DNA of 33,144 bases, taken from IMG/VR virus record IMGVR_UViG_3300010362_000065, positions 1-33,144 of that record; one strand, given 5' to 3'. Below, piece by piece: positions 8,088 to 15,795 of the stretch (the stretch's first letter is position 1; every line of letters begins with the position of its first letter). The notes beneath the pieces were generated by a model. The model was given only the letters and a program-made list of their open reading frames with translations, had not been told where the DNA came from and did not search any database. Made by a program: the position numbers and the translations under genes. Source of the stretch: a virus. Taxonomy: Duplodnaviria > Caudoviricetes.

Positions 8088-8124
8088 GGAAAGCAATCCA
8101 TTCACACACGAGAAGGAGCAGGCA

Positions 8125-8757
8125 ATGCCAACTACAGAGGCAGAGGTTCCGTCCGTTCGGCTGGAGCCGATCGGCGCGGCGAAATATGAGATCCCGATCG
8201 TCGGAGTCTCCCCGCTCATCATGCATGCCTGGAGTGACAAGGCGTTGCAGATGATGCGCGATAAACAGGGCGGCAAAAAGAGCCGTAAGCGTCACGATCC
8301 GAAGGTTGCGGCGGAGGATGCGGAGGCGGCGACCTATCGGCTTGAAGACGGACGGCCGGGGATGCCTGCGACGGCATTCAAGGCGGCGATCGTCGGCGCG
8401 TCGCGGTTGTACGACGGGCTGACGCTGGTCGAGACGAAGCAGCTCCTGTTTGTCGAGGGCGAGGGTTCCGATCAGCTCGTGCCGATCGAGGGTGATTCCT
8501 ACATTCGAGAGGACACGCCACGGATCGGGATGGGCACGACGGACCTTCGCTACCGGCCGTGTTTCCCGGAGTGGTCGGCGGTGCTGACGGTCACGTTCGT
8601 TCCGACCAAGATCGATGCCGAGTCGGTAATCAATCTCGTCAATGCCGGAGGGCTCGGCGGCGTCGGGGAGTGGCGACCGTCTGCTCCGAAATCACTGACC
8701 GGCACTTTCGGCCGCTTCGAGGTCGATGCCGAGAAGGAGATCAAGCAGCTCCAATGA
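8125..8757 (+). CDS. Stand-alone RAMP/Cas7-like RNA-binding protein (210 aa)
   Basis: AAGGAG RBS before ATG 8125; first strand IPIVGVSPLIMH, helix PATAFKAAIVGA (compare RAMP PGSSLKGA), C-terminal Gly-rich loop AGGLGGVGEWRP...GTFGRFEV. Confidence 0.78.
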   Translation: MPTTEAEVPSVRLEPIGAAKYEIPIVGVSPLIMHAWSDKALQMMRDKQGGKKSRKRHDPKVAAEDAEAATYRLEDGRPGMPATAFKAAIVGASRLYDGLTLVETKQLLFVEGEGSDQLVPIEGDSYIREDTPRIGMGTTDLRYRPCFPEWSAVLTVTFVPTKIDAESVINLVNAGGLGGVGEWRPSAPKSLTGTFGRFEVDAEKEIKQLQ

Positions 8758-9209
8758 CGAAGACGATCCGAGGCGTCTCAGCGCAGTTGATTCGTGAGAC
8801 GGCCGAAGCGATCGAGCGGCGGGACGGCCTATGCCATCCCGCCGCCTTTGTCGCGGAGGTCGAGAATGATCCGGAGCTTCGTCCGCTGTTTGAGTGGGAC
8901 GATGCGACGGCGGCGCAGTTGCGGCGAATCGAAGAAGCGCGGCGGGTTCTTCGCACCGTTCAGATCGAAGTCAAAGGCCAGGAGAAGCCGGTCCCGGCGT
9001 TCGTTCACGTTCATCGGGTTACGAAGGAGGGCGTTGCTGACGGCTACGCCAGTGTCAAAGCCCTACGGCCGGGCGATCGAGCCGGTGTCCTTGCCGATGC
9101 CCTCAAACAGATGAACGGGCTGCGGGAGCGGTACGAGCAGCTCTCGGAGCTGGCTCCGATCTGGGAGGCAATAGATCGGGTCCAGGAGGCGGCGAGTGAC
9201 CGGGTTTGA
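8754..9209 (+). CDS. Partner protein coupled to the RAMP gene (FEWDD motif)
   Basis: ATGA overlap with the RAMP stop; 151 aa; motif LFEWDD..AA...R..EAR.VL; function unknown. Confidence 0.7.
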   Translation: MTKTIRGVSAQLIRETAEAIERRDGLCHPAAFVAEVENDPELRPLFEWDDATAAQLRRIEEARRVLRTVQIEVKGQEKPVPAFVHVHRVTKEGVADGYASVKALRPGDRAGVLADALKQMNGLRERYEQLSELAPIWEAIDRVQEAASDRV

Positions 9210-9714
9210 GGTTTCTTCCGCGCAGCGGAAGAAGATCAAGGGGATGCGGTGTCTCTACTGCGGTGCCGAAGCCCCGGATCCGGCCCACGTTTGGCAGCGC
9301 AGTCGGGGCGGTTGCGATCACCCCGACTGCGTAGTACCGCTCTGCCGCGAATGCCACGATCGCTACGACGAAAGGCTGTCACCTCGAATTGACATTCTGC
9401 CGCAGCTCATTAGCGGCAGGTTCTGGGTCGAGCTGGCGCATCCGACCCTGGAGCATCGGGTTAGCCCGACCGCGCTGGTGGCGCGGCTCTGTGGCAAGGA
9501 TGGCAGCGATCCGATGGAGATCGTCAAGCCCCTGCTCTCACAGCTCCGGCAGCACCGGCAGGCGACCGAATCGCGGCTTGGCCTGATCGCTGCGGCCAGT
9601 CGCAGGGCCGAGCCCGGCGAGCTGATGATGGGGCCGGACCGCCTGCTCTACGAAGTCGCGGAAGAGGTCGAACACGAGCTGGCGGCAAACGGACTGCTGG
9701 AGTCGCATCCGTGA
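9196..9714 (+). CDS. HNH-type endonuclease with Zn-binding motifs
   Basis: CLYC...DPAHV..RSRGG.D....VPLCRECH motif. Confidence 0.8.
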   Translation: MTGFEVSSAQRKKIKGMRCLYCGAEAPDPAHVWQRSRGGCDHPDCVVPLCRECHDRYDERLSPRIDILPQLISGRFWVELAHPTLEHRVSPTALVARLCGKDGSDPMEIVKPLLSQLRQHRQATESRLGLIAAASRRAEPGELMMGPDRLLYEVAEEVEHELAANGLLESHP

Positions 9715-10379
9715 GGCGGCTACGGCTGACCCGCGATGAGCGCAGCGCCGTCTTTCGGGGCGATGATCGCGCTCTGCGCCGGTCGCGCCGTCCGAAGACC
9801 GAGCCCGGTGAAGTTCACATTCTCGCTTCGACGCGGGGCGGGCGGCAGGTGGTCGATCGTGAAACCGGGGCGACGGTCGAGATTCCCCGCAAGCCGACTG
9901 TCTGGATCGAGATCCATCAGGTCGAGCTGCGCCGGGGCGAGTGGCTGGTGCGATTCGGGATTCACGACGAACGGCAGCCGCTGCGCCGCCTTGCACCGAC
10001 ACCAGGGCCGTACTCCGAACCTTCGCTAAAGACGCGCCTGCGCAAGCCGCGAAGCGAACGTGGTGAGCCCTGGACGGCGGAGACGGAGCGCGGCTACGGA
10101 GCGGGCCGAGCTGCGATTGATCCCCTGGAGGCCGTCGATGATGCAACACTGGCGGTATTCGCAACCCAAGCCCGGCAGAATCGGTTGGCATTCCGGGCCG
10201 CGATCGCGGCGGAGGATGAGGCTGTGATCGAAGAGCTGCGACGACGGCGGGAGCGGGCAATACGGGACCGGCTGCGGGAAACCCTGTCCAATCTTCAGCC
10301 GGACGCACAGACTGAGCTGTTGGCGGCGATCGAGCGCGAGATCGTCCAAGCGGAAACCGGGTTTGACGCTGCCGCCTGA
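9711..10379 (+). CDS. Hypothetical phage protein
   Basis: 222 aa, GTGA-coupled, last gene of the operon. Confidence 0.65.
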   Translation: MRRLRLTRDERSAVFRGDDRALRRSRRPKTEPGEVHILASTRGGRQVVDRETGATVEIPRKPTVWIEIHQVELRRGEWLVRFGIHDERQPLRRLAPTPGPYSEPSLKTRLRKPRSERGEPWTAETERGYGAGRAAIDPLEAVDDATLAVFATQARQNRLAFRAAIAAEDEAVIEELRRRRERAIRDRLRETLSNLQPDAQTELLAAIEREIVQAETGFDAAA

Positions 10380-10523
10380 GAGACGCTAATCTTCGGTTAG
10401 CTCTCGGGCAGGTTGCCGCATACCGCAGCCGCACCCTAACGGGCATCCGATCGAGCTATCCCGTTTTCTCCTTCGCTTGGCTCGAATCAATCGCGTTGCT
10501 CGTGCGCTCGGGAGCTAAATCTT

Positions 10524-11051
10524 ATGGTCACTCCACTGGTTGCAGACCCATCCAAACGCAGACCGAGACGTACCGATGCCGAAAAGGAGGTAGGCCTGCT
10601 CGCCTACGTGCTCTGTTCCGGTAATCGGGAGCGGGCCGCTGCCCTGTGCGAAGAGAGGGGCTTCAAGATCCCGGCGGGGACGATCTGGAAGTGGGCAAAT
10701 GAGTATGAGATCCCTCGTCTGGAACGGATCCGGCAAGAAGTTGCGCCGAAATTGAAGGCGCAGATGGCAGAACTCCATCAGGGGCTCGCTGTTGCTGCCG
10801 GGGAAATCGAGGCCAAGGCGATCGAGAGGCTGAACGAAAAACTCGATGGCAATCAAATCGAGGGCAAGGATCTCTCGGCCGTGATGCAGCGGGCAGCGAT
10901 TGCCGGAGGGATTCACGGCGAGAAGCACCTGCTCTACTCCGGCCAGCCAACTGCGATCGTCCGGCGTGACTTCGAGGAGATCAAGCGCGCGCTGCGCGAT
11001 AAGGGGATCGTGCTGGACGGGACTGCGGTCGAGCTGCCGGAGAAGACGTAA
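10524..11051 (+). CDS. HTH protein, putative terminase small subunit
   Basis: N-terminal HTH (GNRERAAA...IPAGTIWKW), a helical oligomerisation-like middle and a KHLLYSGQPT segment reminiscent of TerS. Confidence 0.55.
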   Translation: MVTPLVADPSKRRPRRTDAEKEVGLLAYVLCSGNRERAAALCEERGFKIPAGTIWKWANEYEIPRLERIRQEVAPKLKAQMAELHQGLAVAAGEIEAKAIERLNEKLDGNQIEGKDLSAVMQRAAIAGGIHGEKHLLYSGQPTAIVRRDFEEIKRALRDKGIVLDGTAVELPEKT

Positions 11052-11067
11052 CGTCCGCTGCCCGGCA

Positions 11068-11096
11068 AAGAAAAAGCCCGCCGGAGCGGGCTCTTC
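11068..11096. terminator. Intrinsic terminator between convergent genes
   Basis: A-run, then AGCCCGC-CGGA-GCGGGCT hairpin; U-tract on the minus strand. Confidence 0.75.
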
Positions 11097-11118
11097 CTTG
11101 GGGATTTCAACGTGGCGA

Positions 11119-11436
11119 TCAACATAGCATTTCGCTGACGCTCTTGATCTTCACGAATCCGTTCTCGATGCCGATCTTGATCGTCTGATCGCAGGCGACC
11201 GGAGCCGAGAACCCGAACGCGTAGCGGACGGCGCAGTTGATCCGCCGGACGTTGATCCGGGAGCAGGTGCCAACCGCGTAGTCGATGCATTCTGTGCTGC
11301 GATGGCAGGTCCGAATCGCGCGTTCGTCGGCCGCGTGGCGCGCGTCCTTGCCATTCAGCCGGTAGTTGGCTGCGGTCGCAACGCTCGTGCCCAACAGAAG
11401 CGTGACGATCCCGCAGAGGATTACCTTCCGCTTCAT
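11119..11436 (-). CDS. Putative secreted Cys-containing protein
   Basis: MKRK plus hydrophobic signal peptide ending ATA-A; GGAGG RBS. Confidence 0.7.
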   Translation of the reverse strand: MKRKVILCGIVTLLLGTSVATAANYRLNGKDARHAADERAIRTCHRSTECIDYAVGTCSRINVRRINCAVRYAFGFSAPVACDQTIKIGIENGFVKIKSVSEMLC

Positions 11437-11666
11437 CCAGCCTCCTTCCTGTCGCGGTACTTGCGCCCGGCGACGATCTCGTAGGCGCTAACACGCGCGA
11501 TCCCTGCGTGTTTCGCGGCGTCGCTCATCGTGATTTCGTCCGACTCCTGCGCCGCCTGGAGCCATTCCCGCAGCTCTTGCGTTCCTTCGGCGAAGAGTCG
11601 CTCACCGTCTTTCCGTTTCTGTGCGGCGCGGTCGATGCCCTGGCGTATGTCAGTCGGTGTCGGCAT
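11433..11666 (-). CDS. Small HTH DNA-binding protein
   Basis: ITMSDAAKHAGIARVSAYEIV; start taken at MPTPTD. Confidence 0.7.
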   Translation of the reverse strand: MPTPTDIRQGIDRAAQKRKDGERLFAEGTQELREWLQAAQESDEITMSDAAKHAGIARVSAYEIVAGRKYRDRKEAG

Positions 11667-11880
11667 ACACCAATCCCCGCTCCGCCTGCTTGACGCAGAG
11701 GAAGCAGAAACCCAAGCCGTTCTCATACTCACCATCGCGCGAGCATGCGACCGGGCTCCCGCGTCGGTGCTTGCCACAGCCATCGCAGATAAACGCGATG
11801 GTCGCGTGGTGTCCGGTGTGCCCCGGCGCGAGTTTGCACGTCTCGCCGCCGCTGCTCCGGACTGTTGCGCCGCAATCCAT
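11650..11880 (-). CDS. Small Cys-rich hypothetical protein
   Basis: CDGC and CFLC motifs; preceded by AAGGAG and the shared leader motif. Confidence 0.6.
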   Translation of the reverse strand: MDCGATVRSSGGETCKLAPGHTGHHATIAFICDGCGKHRRGSPVACSRDGEYENGLGFCFLCVKQAERGLVYADTD

Positions 11881-11959
11881 GTTTTAGCTCCTTCCCGTTA
11901 GTGGTATCGAGCCTGACGGCTCGCCGCGCGCCGCGTTACCGGCGCGCGTGCGAGCAGCC

Positions 11960-12487
11960 TCAGCTTGCGATCGCGTACTCCTCCTTGCGCCATGCGCGGA
12001 GGCTGTAGACGTTGCCGGTGTCGGGAACCTTGAAGCGTCCGTTCCCCTCGTAGACGAACTCTCGGCGCGGTCCCTCCGGGCAGAGATAATCGGCCGGGAA
12101 CGTGACCCGGACGCCGGGCCGCAGCGCATCCTGCGTGGCTGCCCGCTCCCGGCACTTGTTGCGCCAGACCAACGCGTTCTCGTTGTCGGTCGGCGAGAGT
12201 AGGTCGAGGATCCGGGCCGGGCAGTCGTAGCTGTACGGCCCCATTTCCTCCTCCATGCTCTTCCAGCCGAAGCTACTGCCGGAAGAGCCCTTGGTCAGTG
12301 CGACGTAGGCGAAGACGTTCCCGGCTTCGGCTCCGTCTTTGATTTTGACTGCCGCGTAAAACGTTCCGCCGATCCCGCCGATGAACGCTGAATCGAGGAT
12401 CTCGTAATTGTCGCCGAGAACTTCACGCTGAAAGAAATCGGCGTGGCTCGTGCCCGGCTCGCGGTAGTTCTGAACTATCCATCCCAT
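11960..12487 (-). CDS. DUF6927-like protein of plasmids/phages
   Basis: MGW...YAAV...FGWKSMEEEMGP..YDCP.RIL.LLSPT....A..WR..C signature, recognised from memory. Confidence 0.65.
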   Translation of the reverse strand: MGWIVQNYREPGTSHADFFQREVLGDNYEILDSAFIGGIGGTFYAAVKIKDGAEAGNVFAYVALTKGSSGSSFGWKSMEEEMGPYSYDCPARILDLLSPTDNENALVWRNKCRERAATQDALRPGVRVTFPADYLCPEGPRREFVYEGNGRFKVPDTGNVYSLRAWRKEEYAIAS

Positions 12488-12689
12488 TGCTTGACTCCTT
12501 TGGGTTAGTGGTATCGCTGTCAGCCAAGGATAACAGGCCAGGCGAGGGGAACGCGATTCGCAGCGCTCGTACCCGCCCGATAGCCGGTGCCCGGCAACGG
12601 CCGCTGCCGGTAGACTGCGGAGTGGTTAGTGGTATCCGCTCCGGTTCTCGTCGCGTCCCGCATCCAGCGCGTGGCGGGAGCCGGAGCAT

Positions 12690-12722
12690 AAAAAAAGGGC
12701 TCCGCCGGAGCGGAGCCCTTTG
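12690..12722 (-). terminator. Intrinsic terminator
   Basis: AAAGGGCTCCGC-CGGA-GCGGAGCCCTTT with an A-run; c(UCCG)g tetraloop and U-tract on the minus strand. Confidence 0.8.
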
Positions 12723-12820
12723 GCGATAGCCGGTGCCCGGCTATCCGTCCCGCCGGGCCATCCACCACGTACGCGCCAGAAACAGCACGGCCGCGATCGG
12801 CTCGGCGATATGTAGTGCCC

Positions 12821-13228
12821 TCACGCTGCGAGCTGATAGATCCGCTGCCGCGTCACGCCAAGCGCGCGCGCCACGGCGGATACGTTCGCATCGCTCCCTA
12901 CTGCGCGCTTGGCCAGCTCGCGCGCGTCCCGATCCAGCTCGCGCGCTTTCCGGCCATGCGCCGCGCGCGCCTTGGCCAGCTCGCGCGCTGCCGCTAGCGG
13001 ATCCGGTGCGTTCCGATCTCCGCTGCCAAGCAATGCCCGGCATTCTTTGATCAGTCGTGTTTCCGGCACTGGCGGCAGGCCTGCGCGCTCCCTGATCGCA
13101 TCGGAGACTGCCCGCACGCTGCCGGGCACAGTCTCCAGCGCGAGCAATTCCCGCGCGCGCTTTTTGGTCAGTTTGCGCGGGATCCGGTGCGCGGGCTTAG
13201 GTTTGCCCGCTCCGCACTGATTATTCAT
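12821..13228 (-). CDS. HTH DNA-binding protein
   Basis: C-terminal NVSAVARALGVTRQRIYQL. Confidence 0.8.
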   Translation of the reverse strand: MNNQCGAGKPKPAHRIPRKLTKKRARELLALETVPGSVRAVSDAIRERAGLPPVPETRLIKECRALLGSGDRNAPDPLAAARELAKARAAHGRKARELDRDARELAKRAVGSDANVSAVARALGVTRQRIYQLAA

Positions 13229-13371
13229 TGGCTTTCCCCTTCGGTTAGTTGGTATCTGGCGCTCTGCTCATCAGGCAGCGGCCACGCCTAACCGCTGCGA
13301 CCGATCACAAGCGGACGCGTTCTCCAGAGCTTTAGATCGGCTTAGAACGCGTCGCCTGTGATCGGTTTCGC

Positions 13372-13761
13372 CTAAACGCGGTCGCCGAAGCGGTAACCGA
13401 TTCCCCAAACGTGCTCTAGCTGGAAACCCAATTTCGGCCGCAGCTCGCGCGCAGCGATTTCCGCAGCTCGGCGCGTGCCGAACTTCGGAAAGCCTGCGTT
13501 CACGAGATCGCGGAACGCGAGAACGTGACCAAACGGGATCGAATACAGCGCTGCGAATAGGCGGAGCTGATCGCCCACAAGGTCGATCTCTTCGCCTGCG
13601 CTCCAGCGGTTTACGCGCGCAACTTCTCCCGCGCATCGGATCTCGGCGGGCATCGCTTCCCGCTTCCCGTCCAAGATCAGATTGCGGCCGATCTCCAGCC
13701 GCATACTCTCCGGCGCGTCCGGCAGCGCTGCCGCGATCGCGCGCTTTAGTGTCAATTTCAT
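13372..13761 (-). CDS. Protein with an OmpR/trans_reg_C-like wing at the C-terminus
   Basis: LRPKLG..LEHVWGIGYRF; start MKLTLK follows the leader motif. Confidence 0.6.
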   Translation of the reverse strand: MKLTLKRAIAAALPDAPESMRLEIGRNLILDGKREAMPAEIRCAGEVARVNRWSAGEEIDLVGDQLRLFAALYSIPFGHVLAFRDLVNAGFPKFGTRRAAEIAARELRPKLGFQLEHVWGIGYRFGDRV

Positions 13762-13853
13762 CTTGCTTCCCCTTCGGTTAGTTGGCATCCACCGCGCCAA
13801 TGGCGCGGAAACCGCGCGGCCGAATCGCTCCGGCCGCGCCGATCCCGCGTCGA

Positions 13854-14063
13854 TCAAGCAACTAGTTCTGCGTAGATCTCCCCATCTGCGGTTTCGTAAT
13901 AAGCGACCGCGCCGCGCTCGTTTTCGTCTTCTTCAGAGAAGAGCGCTTTCACCCCATCAAGAGTGATAGGCGCGTCCCAATCGACATCTAGATTTTTATT
14001 GACACCGTAAAACTGCCCGGTAAGCGTTGCTGTGTCTCCGGCTTTCAATGTTGTGCCTTTCAT
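13854..14063 (-). CDS. Small acidic hypothetical protein
   Basis: 69-aa ORF of lower GC in the leftward block. Confidence 0.55.
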   Translation of the reverse strand: MKGTTLKAGDTATLTGQFYGVNKNLDVDWDAPITLDGVKALFSEEDENERGAVAYYETADGEIYAELVA

Positions 14064-14138
14064 TTTCGGTTATACCCGCGCCCAATGGCGCAGGAAGCGC
14101 GCGCCGCCGCAATCGGCGGCGCGCCCATCCTGCTCCGA

Positions 14139-15032
14139 TCAGTCGGCGTCAGGGAACTTGACACCTAGCACGTAATCCATCGCGCGTTGTGCCTTGGCTG
14201 CGGCAGTGAGGATCAATTTCTTATCCCCGCGCAGCTTCCGCCGCCAAGAATCAATGTAAGCGGCAGACTGCGGGAAATCGGGATCGATCCCCGCCGACCC
14301 GCATAGCATCGATGCGCCAAGCTCGGCGATCAGCTCCTCCTTTGAGTAGTCAGGCGAGCCGAACGGTGCGAGCCGAGAATCCAGCTTCCGATCTAGCCGT
14401 GAACTGTGGCCGGTAGCGTGAACGATCTCGTGTAGTGCCGTGCCGTAATAGGCTGCGGCCGTAACGAAATCGTCTCGATTGGGGAGCTGGATTCGATCCG
14501 CAATGGGAGAGTAGAAAGCCCGATCTCCGCCGTGCGAGATCGGCGGGCAATCATCCATCCCCGCAATGATCGCCTCTCCCGCGTCGATCGTCGGCACCGG
14601 ATCCGGAACGTCGATCGGATCCGTGCTCGGCACTGCGAGCCCGTCGCACTGCGCGACATTGAAGACCACGTAATGCCGCAGTAGCGGAATCATCTTAACG
14701 GTGGTCTTACCCGTCGCAGGATCCTTCTCTTTGATCCGGATCCGCTTCCAGAAGACGACGAGGGTTCCCTTCTCTCCCTTCCGGACCTGACCGCCCGCTT
14801 TCTTCGCTGCGCGGAAGGTCGTCCAATACGGATCGGGATATCCGGCCGTGGCTGCCGTAATCTCCGTCAGGAACTGATTGATCCCTCGGTACGGCTTTTT
14901 AGACTGCAGGTTTCGCTGCCCGTAATCGCCATTGGCGGAACGCGTCCAGGGCCTGCGCCAAGGCACGGTTCCCTTATCCAGCTCGGCGAGGATCTTTTCC
15001 GTGACCTCCGCCGCTATGTCTCTGTTGCTCAT
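14139..15032 (-). CDS. ardC: ArdC-family antirestriction protein (ssDNA-binding DUF1738 domain plus zincin-like domain)
   Basis: PWRRPW, YRGIN, W.TF....AGGQVRKGEKG, VFNVAQ, AFYSP..D.I.LP, LHEIVHATGH, YSKEELIAELGA. Confidence 0.93.
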   Translation of the reverse strand: MSNRDIAAEVTEKILAELDKGTVPWRRPWTRSANGDYGQRNLQSKKPYRGINQFLTEITAATAGYPDPYWTTFRAAKKAGGQVRKGEKGTLVVFWKRIRIKEKDPATGKTTVKMIPLLRHYVVFNVAQCDGLAVPSTDPIDVPDPVPTIDAGEAIIAGMDDCPPISHGGDRAFYSPIADRIQLPNRDDFVTAAAYYGTALHEIVHATGHSSRLDRKLDSRLAPFGSPDYSKEELIAELGASMLCGSAGIDPDFPQSAAYIDSWRRKLRGDKKLILTAAAKAQRAMDYVLGVKFPDAD

Positions 15033-15061
15033 CGCTTTCTCCTTCGGTTAGTGGTCAATGC

Positions 15062-15078
15062 CTGACCTGTCAGGTCAG
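15062..15078. promoter_or_regulatory. Perfect inverted repeat upstream of ardC (operator-like)
   Basis: CTGACCTG-T-CAGGTCAG, next to a TAGTCT -10-like hexamer on the minus strand. Confidence 0.45.
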
Positions 15079-15540
15079 ACTAACACGTTCCGGCAGGGAA
15101 AGTTGCGCTCCCTTCCTACGTGCAAGCGCAGTGACACAGACAGACAGGTCCGGAGACCGACCAGAGCGGTAGACAGGGCTGCGATAGCTGCGCTCGTGTA
15201 TCGAGCTGTAGCCCGAAGGCTGTGAGGCTGTGCCCACAAGCGCGAGACAGCGCGAAGCAAACGCGCGCAGCGTCAAGCGCATTGGTCAGGCCACACCTGC
15301 CTGCGCTGCGCCAGTGTCTGCTCGGCAGGCAGACAGTCTAAGCCGATCGCATTCCGCTTGGCAATGCCGATTGCTTGCGATGCGAGCTGCGTTGATTGAG
15401 CGATGGGGAACGATCGGGGAACAGAGAACGCGATCGCGCCGAGCGACGATGGAGGGGGGCGGGGGCCTGCGCGAGGGGCCGCGCGCGCCTGTATATATAT
15501 ACATGGCCCGCTCATAGATCCGGCACAACAAACGCGGCCC

Positions 15541-15571
15541 TGTAGCACAGCAGAGGGGCAAATGTGCTACA
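15541..15571. promoter_or_regulatory. 9-bp inverted repeat operator before the rightward operon
   Basis: TGTAGCACA-N13-TGTGCTACA, just before ATG 15580. Confidence 0.55.
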
Positions 15572-15579
15572 CAGGTGGA

Positions 15580-15795
15580 ATGAGAAAACTGGGTAGCACC
15601 AAGGAACGGTTGATTCGGGTTCTGGAGCATGCCGAGGAGCAGGCCCGAGAGCGGGCGGAGCGAGTCGCAGAGATCATTGAAGATGCTCCCGAGGGTGAGC
15701 GACTTCTGGAGAAGGATGCCGATTACATCATCGGTCAGGCGGGCGGAGCAGCGAATCAATTCGGGCTCGCGCGTGAAGAGCTGGATCGTGTCTGA
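15580..15795 (+). CDS. Hypothetical helical protein
   Basis: 71 aa starting MRKLGS. Confidence 0.6.
   Translation: MRKLGSTKERLIRVLEHAEEQARERAERVAEIIEDAPEGERLLEKDADYIIGQAGGAANQFGLAREELDRV

Noticed and set aside
7366-8124. 253-aa N-terminal extension of the 463-aa track ORF, and overlapping ORFs across the array
   Set aside because: G/R/A-rich translations arise from the stop-poor 5-nt repeat; periodicity is 5 not 3, and a good RBS precedes ATG 8125.
8778-8792. Unit 7 (TC GC CA TT AT) gapped match to the partner gene codons for SAQLI
   Set aside because: Only 10 specified bases match before divergence; expected by chance across the many sub-patterns and 66 kb of searchable sequence.
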